DNA of 64,000 bases from Octopus sinensis (lineage: Eukaryota). Positions 1 to 11,884 of the stretch are shown in pieces. Each line of letters begins with the position of its first letter. Within the stretch, counting starts at the first letter, position 1. Position numbers and translations under genes: made by a program. Under the pieces are notes generated by a model. That model was not told where the DNA came from and searched no databases. It worked only from the letters and a program-made list of their open reading frames with translations. The DNA is taken from contig NC_042998.1 in the NCBI RefSeq assembly GCF_006345805.1, positions 32,984,001 to 33,048,000 on the forward strand, written 5' to 3'.

Positions 1-255
1 GACGGGGGTGGCGAACCCTACTATGTTCGTTCACCACAACTTTCTCTCGCTCTTTCTTCTTGTTTCTGTTGTACCTGTATTTCAAAGGACCATCTTTGTC
101 ACATTCTATGTCACGCTGAATCACCCCGAGAACTACGTTAAGGAGTACACGTGTCTGTGGAGTGCTCAGCCACTTGCACGGTAATTTCACGAGCAAGTTG
201 TCCCATTGATTGGATCAACTCGAACCCTCGTCGTCGTAACCGACGGAGTGCCGTA
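1..255 (+). mobile_element. tRNA-derived SINE family C, 3' part (cut by window edge)
   Basis: Body and tail (CACGAGCAAGTTG...GAACCCTCGTCGTCGTAACCGACGGAGTG) match copies at 295-600 and the full tRNA-headed copy at 33073-33465. Confidence 0.75.
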
Positions 256-294
256 GTAATATATACGATCTAGAAAGAAAATAAAGCATGATGA

Positions 295-600
295 TCATGG
301 CTGTGGGTGTTTATTGAGCGAAAACACCTAAAGTTCCACGAGGCTCTGGCTGGGACGCGGGGTTGGTGGACCTTGCTGTACTCTTCCACCACAACTTTCT
401 CACGCTCTTTCTTCCTGTTTCTGTTGTACCTGTATTTCAAAGGAGCCACCCATGTCACACTCTGTGTCACGCTGAATCTCCCCGAAACTACATTAAGGGT
501 ATACGTGTCTATAGAGTGCTCAGCCACTTGCACGTTAATTTCACGAGCAGGCTGTTCCGCTCAACTGAAACGCTCATCGTCGTAACCAACGGAGTCTCAC
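295..600 (+). mobile_element. SINE family C, 5'-truncated
   Basis: Colinear with 1-255 and with the reverse complement of 33073-33465. Confidence 0.75.
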
Positions 601-1720
601 GATTTTCACTATTCAAAGTACTTTATGTAGAATGTGTGGGTACCTAGTAGTGTTATTTTCTATGTGTATCATATATTCGTATGTCCTGGTGTTTTGGTTA
701 TGTATTTGTCCGTAAGAATGTTAATCATACCTAATACACCTATTGTAACAGAGACTATTTCTGTTTTTATCTCTATTCCCAGATCTTTGTATTTTGCAAG
801 TTTCTGCATTTCTTTTAGAGATACATTGTCACCTGTTTGAATTGATACGTCAATTAGAAGGAATTTTTTCCTTGATTTTCTCTGACAACTATATCCGGAG
901 TATCAACCTTGATCTTTCTATTTGTGTATGGTTGCTTTATCATTTTCTGAGACCTTTTCTGGGATGTGTTCATACTGTTTTTTCTGTCGTCATTCCATAG
1001 TGCTTGACATAGTATTCAGTGTATATAGGTCCCAACTCTGTCATGTTTGTGGATATCTTCTTTCTTAACCAGGACTGGGCAACCAGAGACAATATGATTT
1101 ATTGTTTCTCCCCCATCGCCACATATTCTACAGTAACTTATTGTATTTTTCTTCGTTAAGTGTTTCTGGTAGCTTTTGATGGAGAGGATTTGAGCTTGTG
1201 TTTCAATTAAAAATCCTTCAGTCTCTACTTTGAGTCCTGAACTTCCCAACCATTGCTGGGATTTTCTTTTGTTTATTTCTTTTCCGTTTAGCTTATCCCA
1301 ATATTCGGCATGTAAGGCCATTTCTTGCCATCGTTTTATCCTTTATTTTGTTGTTCCAGTTTTAGTGTAGATTTACAGCTTTTGTTGTTTGCTCTTTTTA
1401 CTCATAATTATCAGGTACTATGACCCTTTGTTTTGTATTTTTCGGCTTCTGTAAAGAGAGAAAATGCTCTCTTGTTTTGCTCTGTCTTGTGACTATTTGT
1501 ACCAGTTTATTTTCGGTTCTGAGTTAGATATTTCTGTAATCCTATGATGGTTATTTTATCGTAGTTTTTTTTTTCCTAGTTTTATAAGATTTCTACCACT
1601 TTCAGTTCGTTTTATATAAAAGCTTTCTGTGTCAGACTTTAGGCGGTGTATTCTAAATTCCTTGATTATTTTTCTTGCTTTTCCTGTCTAGTTTGGTTAG
1701 TTCACTTAGTGTCCAATTCC
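600..1720 (-). mobile_element. Decayed non-LTR retrotransposon with restriction-like endonuclease (R4/Dong-like), 3' part
   Basis: ORF 1016-1321 has WL..SGLK.ETEGF, zinc knuckle CRICG...ETINHIVSGC and KHDRVG (RHD-like), typical of the RLE-clade C-terminus. Confidence 0.8.
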
Positions 1721-2199
1721 AGCAGTTGCAAATTACAGCTAGTGAATCTCCACATTCGGTGTTAAGCATCATAGAGTATAGCAATGATGTAAAAGGGACG
1801 AATGTCCGAATCTGAGAGGTTGCATTAACTGGCTCAATTCTTCGAACTTAGATAATCTTGGCGAACTTTGGATTATATCATATTTCTTCTTTTCATTTAC
1901 GCTCTAAAACTGTGTTGTGGTTATTGAAACATTCAAATAAAGCTGTAATGTGATTGCTTCAACCATATTATTAACCAAAATGTTTAACTTCAACTTCAAG
2001 CTAACTAAACATATTTAAAGTTAACCAATATCTTATATCATTCAGCTATGTCTACACACCATATTTGATGTGTCGGTGACCGGATATGAGTATGCAATGA
2101 CTCGAGTAGTACTTTCTTGTATTCTGTAACTGCATTGTCTATTCTCCCAATTCTAGCTTCTTTAAAAGAAAATGATGTCTGTTCAGAGATTTATTATTG

Positions 2200-2538
2200 C
2201 TTGTTTACACTTTTTCGAGGTCAGTGACTTTTCGTCACTAGAAAAAGGATATATGTATTTGCATTGGGACCCCCTTCGTATCGAAGACCGGTGATTGTCG
2301 TGCGCTGACGACGGGTAAATACTCAGAAACCCGGGTCCGTGCGTATCACGTCAAGTCGACAATGGGAAGGATGGCTTCCCTTTGCAAAGATTGATAAGGC
2401 ACAGAAAGTGTGCCAATATCCAGCTGGAGAAGATGTCCTCCTATGGCCACAAGCTACAGTAGCATCCACCCTTAGTGGTTAGCCACATTTAAGTGGCAAA
2501 TATACTTTACATTGTCGTGCAGCTACTGTTTATACCTC
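2200..2538 (+). mobile_element. 339-bp HHR-containing insert (retrozyme-like) between 19-bp direct repeats
   Basis: GTTCAGAGATTTATTATTG at 2181-2199 and 2539-2557; related copy on the minus strand at 17045-17290. Confidence 0.55.
2291..2349 (+). ncRNA. Type I hammerhead ribozyme, extended stem I
   Basis: CGTGCG / CTGACGA / C-GGGT-AAAT-ACTC-A / GAAA / palindromic ACCCGGGT / GUC site / CGTGCG; distal GTGAT:ATCAC pairing. Confidence 0.85.
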
Positions 2539-3584
2539 GTTCAGAGATTTATTATTGACGTCACTGGCAGTATACTTAAAATAGTACCGCTTTGTTGATT
2601 TTATACACAAACAGAAACTTGGTGTGTATGATTCTTGCATTCTGACAACATGGAGAAGTAGAGGTCGCAGATCTCCTCTATTTACTCAAGAATGGAGTTT
2701 TATTAAAGAGTGGTTAATCTGAACTTTTAGAATTTGATGTTTAAATTTCTTGTTTGGAAAGGAAATATGGGCGATATTCCAAATGGTTTCAGTTCATAGG
2801 AACTGGTTTACTAAATAGGAATTTACTGCAAGAGACTTAAATGTTGAAAACAGGATATATTCTAGAATTAAGAATTTCAGATAAAGAGACTGATACAGAT
2901 GTAAATTAGAGCTGGATTTAATTACTATTAAGAGTGGTATATCTTCCGGATCTGACATTTTCAGAAGTTTGCAGCTAAACACTTTGCTACTATCGAATTC
3001 TGCTATCTTAGAATTTCATGAACAGCTAGTCGCTTAAGGCTAACCTAATACACTTAGAACAATTCTTAAAGTAAATAAGCTTTAAAATTAAATGCTTAAA
3101 AGCTATAATTACCTATTTAGTAATTCTGCACTTGTTCTATTTATCTTTAATTGTTATGAACAAACAGATGTTTAAGATTGATCAAATGCTCCGTATATTT
3201 CCCAGATCCAATACACTTTATATTAAACAAATTACATTAATCAAACTACATGGCATTGATAATTGCACAGATTTACTTCGCTTTCGTTCGATGTTAATCA
3301 ATTGATTGGCCATTCTATTTCTCTGTTTCCATGCATTAAGCGACTCATTTAATAATTGATCTTAAGTATTATTTATCAAATAAATAAAATTGGTTGGATG
3401 GATCAAATTAATACTAATATAATACTAACCATCCCCATTAAAGGCAATTAGAAATTTTAAATCCAGTAACAAATATGTTATTGTTTATAGTTTCTGCTTA
3501 ACCTTACGCGGAAAAGTAAGTTCGCCATATAAATTATAAGTCTAAAATACTGGCTGAATTTTCAACATTTTACAGCAAAAAATA

Positions 3585-4222
3585 ATATAATAATAATAAT
3601 GAAATTATTGTATACAGTGCTCAGGTGCACCACAACTTGTCAAAAGTGCGTATAAAGCATATGCAGTAATGTACAAATGTCTGCATAGCGAACAGTGTAT
3701 GAGTCAGATGCATGCTTGCGTGTGTATGGAGGGGAGAAAATCAGGTGTAGTGTTGGCGAATCTCAGGAAGCATAGAAGTTTTGAAGGATGCAGTGCTCCG
3801 ACAACTAACAACTGATGCCGGCAGTTTGTTCCATACTTCAGCAACTCTTAGGATGAAAAATGTTTCCGAAAGTCATGGGAGCTGTGCTGTTTTCTGACTT
3901 TGTAAACATGTCCACGGGTGTTAGACTGGTGGAGTTTGAAAAGGTGCTCAGAGTTATTGTTTGTAAGATGGTTAATAATTTTATGGGTGTCTGCCAAGTC
4001 AGCTGCCAGACATCGGAGTTTCAATGTATCCATGCCCAAGGAAGTAAGGCGTTCAGAATATGGCAAATGCCTGGTGGAGGGTATTCTCTTGGTTGCATGT
4101 CGCTGAACGGCTTCCAGACGATTAATATCCTGGGCAAGATAGGGGTTCCAGACTGGTGATGCAAATTCCAGGTGAGGTCGTACCATAGCTATATAAATGA
4201 GGTCGTACCATAGCTATATAAA
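3585..4222 (-). mobile_element. CR1/L2-type LINE, 5'-truncated 3' end
   Basis: ORF 3848-4186 MVRPHLEFASPVWNPY...LEAVQRHATK...YSERL...TRGH is the CR1-group RT C-terminus; (ATT)n tail near 3585-3600. Confidence 0.85.
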
Positions 4223-4708
4223 TGAAATACAATACATTAGTTCTGCATATAAAGAGAGAAGACTTAACTTGTGTATCGTAGTAAAAATATCATATAGCAG
4301 TGAATTTGTTTATCACTGCGGCATTTATGCTTTTCTATTTTATGGGTGAGAAAGAAATACCAAATTCCACAAATCATAATGCGCCTAAACCGTCATCATT
4401 CAAAAATTATCGTTTATGTTTTAAACACGCCGGTCCCGTAAGTGTGCAAATCTCAAGCTTAAGTTACAATAATAATGAACCATTTGTAATCCATTTTAAT
4501 AGCCGTCATTTGTGACAGTTGAACAAATTGATACTGTAAATTTACCAATTTACAAATAATCTACAAAAGCAATTGTTGGGTGTATTACAGATCTCAGCAA
4601 GTCAAGGGCAACTGTCTTGTATAACCTCAAACCTTGCTGATATACGTGTGTATGAGTTTGTATGAATGAACGCATGTATGTATGTATACACGCACACGAG
4701 CACACACA

Positions 4709-4778
<70 letters not shown>

Positions 4779-4789
4779 GTTCGGCATTT

Positions 4790-4981
4790 GCCATGATAGA
4801 TCGCAAGCCACTACACATTCTTTATTTTCTCTCCTTGTTTCTTTCTGTGTTCCTTTCTGTGGAAGAGCGTAGGCTCGAAACGTTAAAGTCTTTTTCACTT
4901 CCCGAGCGTTATACTAATACATCTGTTTGTTGTCTACACCAACTGTCTTCGTCTCTTGTTTTTTTTTTGTGAATTCTGCCC
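4790..4981 (+). mobile_element. PLE pseudo-LTR-like fragment with hammerhead-like motif (4853-4888)
   Basis: CTTT / CTGTGGA-A / GAGC-GTAG-GCTC / GAAACGT-T / AAAG; ends at (TA)n; similar layout at 17890-18117. Confidence 0.5.
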
Positions 4982-5013
<32 letters not shown>

Positions 5014-5143
5014 ATGGAGCAAAAATGCAATAGAGGGCATTCAAACGTTTAGATAGATAGACGACACAAAGGCGGACAAGAGAAACAATTAGAAGGAAAG
5101 GCAAAATAAAAAAAACGGGTCATTCTTGGCGTTTTTCATCAGA

Positions 5144-5278
<135 letters not shown>

Positions 5279-5310
5279 GGTATTAGGTGTGATGTACAAA
5301 AATTGAATAT

Positions 5311-5644
5311 TGAGAAAAAAAGTCGTCAAAATTTTTGGAAAAAAGTCTTTTTATTTCTTCATTATTATTAGCGCTTTGGTTCGTTTCCTGAACTTGTCAA
5401 ATAAAATTTTGTTAATTTACAAACAGCTTGTTCATTTATATAAAACAGATGTGATTTGGGGTTTTTGTGTGGTGGGGGGCTTGTAAACAAAAATCCCCAA
5501 AACAAATCTGTTTTATATAAATGAACAAGCTGTTAGTACATTCACAAAATTTTATTTGACAAGTTCGAGAAACGAACCAAAGCGCTAATAATAATGAAGA
5601 AATAAAAATATTATTTTTCTAAAATTCTGACGATTTTTTTCTCA
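5311..5644. mobile_element. Foldback MITE with ~150-bp imperfect inverted arms
   Basis: TGAGAAAAAAAGTCGTCA...TGACGATTTTTTTCTCA arms; possible TA flanks; partial relative at 31885-32020. Confidence 0.7.
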
Positions 5645-5691
5645 GTATATACATATATAAACACACACACACCCACACACACATACGTATG

Positions 5692-5906
5692 TATATGGTG
5701 CTGAAAAGTTCCTGACTTGAAGACCATCGTGAAAGGCCTGATGGAGGCTGAAACTTCCGAGCTCTTTTACAGGACTAAGAAAAACTGAAGGACGCTGCAA
5801 TAAGTTTGTGAATTTGAGAGGGAAATATGTTGAATAAAATCATAATTGACTGACCCTCTCATATTTTCTTTTAACCAAAACAAGTAACTTTTCAGCGCCC
5901 CTTCGT

Positions 5907-5907
<1 letters not shown>
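5692..5907 (+). mobile_element. mariner-like internally deleted element
   Basis: TIR GGTGCTGAAAAGTT / AACTTTTCAGCGCCCCTTCGTA; encodes RCNKFVNLRGKYVE*, like a mariner transposase C-terminus. Confidence 0.75.
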
Positions 5908-5976
<69 letters not shown>

Positions 5977-5987
5977 ATATATAATAT

Positions 5988-6022
<35 letters not shown>

Positions 6023-6058
6023 GGGTTTGAGTAAGTATTTCACTTATATCTCACGTAT

Positions 6059-6119
6059 TTATCGCTGAAGAGGGGAACATTCTTATGAATTAACCCCGAA
6101 ATTGGGACCAATACGGTAA
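6059..6119 (+). ncRNA. Type I hammerhead ribozyme (canonical core)
   Basis: TTATCG / CTGAAGA / GGGG...CCCC / GAAA / ATTGG-GA-CCAAT / A17 / CGGTAA. Confidence 0.85.
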
Positions 6120-6357
6120 TAACGTATTTTTTCGAAATTTCTATCGGTTTGCTTCGAGACGCATATATTATAATGGTTATTGACAATTTTGTCTTTTTTT
6201 CAGCATATTTGGCAATAGAATTTTTATTTTGCCCTTATTTTGTAAATTATTCACAAATTTGACCTTTAAAGGTATTTTTTGGTATGCTGGCCATTGATAA
6301 ACTTTTTTTCCTGAAAAAAAATGTTATCCTACATTAGTTATATATATATATATGTGT

Positions 6358-6402
<45 letters not shown>

Positions 6403-6455
6403 TGTGTGTGTATGTGTGTGTGTGTGTGTGTGTGCGTGTGTGTGTATCGTTGTGC

Positions 6456-6503
6456 ATTCAAAGCAATGAATAGTAAATTACGAAACCACCGGTATGCTTG
6501 AAT
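6456..6503 (+). ncRNA. Candidate type I hammerhead with A3:U8 core variant
   Basis: ATTC(A)AAGCA / ATGAATA / GTA-AAT-TAC / GAAA / ACC-ACC-GGT / A17 / TGCTTGAAT; 9-bp stem I with one bulge. Confidence 0.65.
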
Positions 6504-6800
6504 CTCTTTAATAATCTCACAATAAAGACTTTTATTACTTTTATTCCTACCTCAGTTCAACTAATTGTATATATCTTTCGTTACTTTTCATAAAAAGCCT
6601 TTGCTTTTTTTTATTTGCTATGTACATTTTCGTTTATTTTTCTTACTTTCCCCTTACATTACCACATGTAGTTTCTATTTTCTTTTTGTAACATATTTCT
6701 ATTACATATATATATATGTTTACCTATAGTGAAAGACGTGTGGCTTTGGGTTATTGATTCTTATTTGTAGCAAGGTGGTATTTCGGTCCCTTTATTCATT

Positions 6801-6831
<31 letters not shown>

Positions 6832-6911
6832 GCTGAAACTGCTAATACTGTAGCTGTACGACGAGATAAGTGAGTAAGGTCATAAATGATTTGTATAAAA
6901 GTACATGGATA

Positions 6912-6966
<55 letters not shown>

Positions 6967-6967
6967 T

Positions 6968-9900
6968 AATAAATATTAGGGAATAAATCCAAATTTACAG
7001 GGAAAAAATCAGATTTAGGATTAAATCGATTTTATAGTAAAATATTATAAAATATTATTCGAGACAAAACCACTATTTTGCAAAACAAACAAGGAAAGAC
7101 TTAATTAATACATAAAATTTTAATAAATAGTCAAAAAAACCGCCACTACAATCGTTTCTTGTCATGATCGACAATCTTCAGGTGGACTTCCAATCTAAAA
7201 AATCAATATTTTAAAATATAAAAATAATAATTTTAAAATAATTAAAGTATGAATGAAAAAATATAAGTATATAATCCATATATAACCTATCTATAATCCA
7301 TATATAAACAATATATAAAGAATATATAAACTAAAAAAAAAACATATCAACAATAAAATATAAAATATAAAATATAAAATATAAAATATAAAATATAAAA
7401 TATAAAACAAAACAAAAAAAATAATAATAATATAATAATAAACTATATATACACCCATACGCATATACCTAATTATATATAACCATATCTAACTACATAC
7501 ACTAAATCACACACCTATATATATATCCCTATACATACACATAAAAATGTCTAGGCAACTATAAATAAATAAAATAGCTAAATACTTCAACACAATACTT
7601 ATTCATACTCCCACACACACACACATACAACCCACATTCACGCTCTAGAAAACGGACATCACTCAAAACTATGAACGGAGAAATGGAATAATGGAATTAA
7701 AAATTACATTCACTTGGTAAAACGAACACTACTTAAAAATTATGAATGAAACAATGCAATAAAACAACACATCGCAAATAGACACAAATTACTACAAATT
7801 CCTTATCAACCTACCATGATAACCAAAACTCATAAAAACATATAATGATAAAATCTCCTTTACTAAACTCTATAACAAACCTATATAGCAATCCCCCTAA
7901 CCTAAACATTCACACACAAATACACACACGTAAACCACACACACCACGACATATACAAATACCCACCCACCACTTACACATACCAATACATACATATAAA
8001 CCTCAACATATACTCCAAAAACCCACTCAACCCCACACAGACAAATAAACACAAAAATTATGAATAGATTCTTTTATAAAACTACCATGATAAGCTAAAA
8101 CTCACAAAACAGAAATGATAAAACCTCCCTTTACTAAACACTAAAACATACTTATATAGCAATTCCTTTAACCTATACATTCACACACAAAACCACTCGT
8201 AAACCACACACCCATAACAAATACAAACTCCCACCCCACTCACACACACCCAGAAGTACATATAAGCCTCAACATATACACCAAACAAAATTACTTTACC
8301 AAGGAACTTAACATATATATAAAAAGTATAACCGCTCTGGAAACGAACATCTCTAAATTAATGAATGGAGAAATGGAATAAATGGAATTAAAAATAAAAT
8401 CACGTGGCAAAACGAACACCACTCAAAAATTATGAATGAAACAATATAATAAAACAACCAACATCGAAAATAGACAAATTACTACGAATTCCCTAAAAAA
8501 ACCATGATAAACCAAAACTCTTAAAAAACATATAACGATAAATCTCCCTTTGCTAAACTCTATAACAAACCTATATAGTAATCCCCCTAACCTAAACATT
8601 CACACACAAACACACACGTAAACCACAGACCCACGACTTATACACATACCTAAACTAACTTATAAACCTCCATATACACCAAAACCCACTCCCTCCCACA
8701 CAGACAAATTAACTCATACATCCCAAAACCTAAATAACAAACCCATATACACATTCACACACAAACACACACACACAAAACACACACACACAACAGATAC
8801 ATATACTCCCTCACATATACGCATATACATACTCACTAAACTCAATATATACAACAATATTTACACACCCACACTCATACAGAGAAATAAATTATACAAC
8901 TAAAAACTCGCACACAATCTCATATACATAAACACTCCTATGAAAACAACATTAAATACATCGTAATTACCAGATATCAAAAATAACAATATGACATAAA
9001 GGTAAATAAAATACATACTTACAATTCAGTGTCAAATTATGAAGTGAAATTAAATTCTTAGCCGTTAAAAAAATCAAACCAAAATTACGTTACCATAGAA
9101 ATAACTTATGTAAAAAAACTAACAAACAACTTGCAGTAACCCAAACCCATTCTCTACTCTATGCCTACCTCACTACTACACTATTCCATTCACAATTCCA
9201 ACAACGCTAGTCCACCTCCCGGTTATTCACGTGGCAAAACGAACACCACTCAAAAATTATGAATGAAACAATGTAATAAAACAACCAACATCGAAAATAG
9301 ACAAATTACCACGAATTCCCTAAAAAAACCATGATAAACCAAAACTCCTAAAAAGATATAACGATAAATCTCCCTTGCTAAACTCTATAACAAACCTATA
9401 TAGCAATCTCCCTAACCTAAACATTCACACACAAATACACACTCGTAAACCACAGACCCACTACTTATACACATACCTATACTAACTTATAAACCTCAAT
9501 ATACACCAAAACCCACTCCCTCCCCCACACAGACAAATTAACACATACATCCCAAAACCTAAATAACAACCCATATACACATTCACACACAAACACACAC
9601 ACACACAAACACACACCACAACAAAGATACTATACTACTCCCTCACATATACGCATATACATACTCACTAACTCGATATATACAACAATATTTCCACACC
9701 CACACTCATACAGATAAATAAATTAACAACTAAAAACTCGCACACAATCTCATATACATAAACACACCTATGAAAACAACATTAAATACATCGTAATTAA
9801 CCAGAATATCAAAAATAACAATATGACATAAGGATAAATAAAATACATACTTACAATTCAGTTTCAAATTATGAAGTGAAATTAAATTCTTAGCCGTTAA

Positions 9901-10340
9901 AAAAATCAAAACACAAATTACGTTACCATAGAAATAACTTATGTAAAAAAATAATACGCGCATGGAAAGTAAACGTCATTTAAATTATGAATGGAGAAAT
10001 AGGAAAATGGAACTAAAAACTATATCCACGTGGCAAACCAACACTACTTAAAAGAATTTATTATGAATGGATTCTTTAAAAAACCACCATGAAAAATCAT
10101 TATATACATCTATGAACTTTAGCTCACCTTAGCATCTCTAACAAACACTTGCAGTAACCCAAACCCATTCTCTATGCCTACCTCACTACTACACTATTCC
10201 ATTCACAATTCCAAGCAACGCTAGTCCACCACCCGGTTATTCACGTGGCAAACGAACACCACTCAAAAATTATGAATGAAACAATGTAATAAAACAACCA
10301 ACATCGAAAATAGACAAATTACCACGAATTCCCTAAAATA
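6968..10340 (-). mobile_element. Long non-coding PLE-like element: HHR terminus plus internally duplicated, G-depleted (plus strand) body
   Basis: HHR at 7143-7185; blocks starting ATGAA(T/C)GGAGAAATGG or CACGTGGCAAAACGAACACC recur near 7670, 8360, 9228, 9990 and 10240; colinear copy from 20952. Confidence 0.6.
7143..7185 (-). ncRNA. Type I hammerhead ribozyme (canonical core)
   Basis: Reverse complement: CCAC / CTGAAGA / TTGTC-GATCAT-GACAA / GAAAC-GATT-GTA / GTGG. Confidence 0.9.
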
Positions 10341-10346
10341 AATTGT

Positions 10347-10446
<100 letters not shown>

Positions 10447-10588
10447 ATATATATATATAATACATATATATATTACATATATATTGTATATACATATATA
10501 TATATTACAATTGCAGCGTGGAAGGTGTTTATAAGCCATTTAAGAAACACACAAAAGCCGTTCGATTCACTTCAATATTTAAGTTTAA

Positions 10589-10638
10589 TTTGTCAAAATA
10601 TTTTCGTCGCTAAAATCCGCGACCTGTTCACTGACAAA
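10589..10638 (-). ncRNA. Candidate hammerhead with G3:C8 core variant (left arm)
   Basis: Mirror image of 10656-10705. Confidence 0.75.
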
Positions 10639-10655
10639 GTCCGTGCAGCACGGAC

Positions 10656-10705
10656 TTTGTCAGTGAACAGGTCGCGGATTTTAGCGACGAAAATATTTTG
10701 ACAAA
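10656..10705 (+). ncRNA. Candidate hammerhead with G3:C8 core variant (right arm)
   Basis: TTTGTCA / GTGAACA / G / GTCGC-GGATTTTA-GCGAC / GAAA / palindromic AATATT / U17 / TGACAAA. Confidence 0.75.
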
Positions 10706-10847
10706 TTAAACTTAAATATTGAAGTGAATCGAACGGCTTTTGTGTGTTTCTTAATGGCTTATAAACCCTCCACGCTGCAATTGTTTTCGTTTCAGCACAC
10801 GATCTCAGATCAAATTACTTGCTATGCGAGTACATCTCCGTAAAAAA

Positions 10848-10893
<46 letters not shown>

Positions 10894-10902
10894 ATATATT
10901 AC

Positions 10903-10943
<41 letters not shown>

Positions 10944-11049
10944 CATTATACATACTGCCACACACTTAAGAGGGACATTAGTCATTTCTACCAAAATTTT
11001 ACTAATCCCACCGAATGCAATTTTCAAAGTAAGACATTTAAAAAATATA

Positions 11050-11095
11050 GACCTGTATCACAGTGATTTCATACTTACGTATTCATCAGCAGGCC
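11050..11095 (-). ncRNA. Type I hammerhead ribozyme
   Basis: Reverse complement of the motif at 11366-11411. Confidence 0.85.
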
Positions 11096-11365
11096 TGGAC
11101 GTATCACAAATAAACGACCCTGCCTCGCTTAAGCCGATCAGCTAACTGATCAACATCAACGAAGCACATGGGTGAGTTTACATATATTATATCCGGTAAA
11201 TGGCAGACTTTTACGAATTGCATTTCGGGAAAGGAAAAGTTTTTTCGGAATAAAAATTTAGCAATTAAGGACAACTACTTAATAAGGAAACTTAACAAGA
11301 AATTGTCAGGTAGATAGCGTGAAAGACCTCATAAGAGGCAGGGTCGTTTATTCATGATACGTCCA

Positions 11366-11411
11366 GGCCTGCTGATGAATACGTAAGTATGAAATCACTG
11401 TGATACAGGTC
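11366..11411 (+). ncRNA. Type I hammerhead ribozyme
   Basis: GGCCTG / CTGATGA / ATAC-GTAA-GTAT / GAAA / ATCAC-T-GTGAT / A17 / CAGGTC. Confidence 0.85.
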
Positions 11412-11836
11412 TATATTTTTTAAATGTCTTACTTTGAAAAATTGCATTCGGTGGGATTAGTAAAATTTTTGGTAGAAATGACTAATTGTCCCTCTTAGCG
11501 TGTGGCATGTATGTATAATGCCCTCTGGCATGTATGTATAATGCCCTCTATATATAAATTATATGTTCAATAAGAAATAATTATTTTCGAAATTTTTTCT
11601 CTTATGAGGTCTTTCACGCTATCTACCTGACATTTTCTTGTTAGTTTTCCTTATTATGTAGTTGTCCTTATTGCTAAATTTTTATTCCGAAAAACTTTTC
11701 CTTTCCCGAATGCAATTCGTAAAAGTCTGCCATTTACCGGATGTAATATATGTAAACTCACCATGTGCTTCGTTGATGTTGATCAGTTAGCTGATCGGCT
11801 TAAGCGAGGCAGGGTCGTTTATTTATGATACGTCCA

Positions 11837-11884
11837 GGCCTGCTGATGAATACGTAAGTATGAAATAACACTGTGATACAGGTC
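11837..11884 (+). ncRNA. Type I hammerhead ribozyme (2-nt insertion in stem III)
   Basis: Same as 11366-11411 but GAAATAACACTGTGATA. Confidence 0.75.

Larger units (their letters stand above)
10508..10783. repeat. Near-perfect 276-bp palindrome centred on 10647, each arm carrying an HHR
   Basis: CAATTGCAGCGTGG...CCGTGC-A-GCACGG...CCACGCTGCAATTG. Confidence 0.9.

Noticed and set aside
6968-10340. ADAR A-to-I hyper-editing as the cause of the strand skew
   Set aside because: The depleted base is G on plus (C on the inferred sense strand), whereas A-to-I would deplete sense A.
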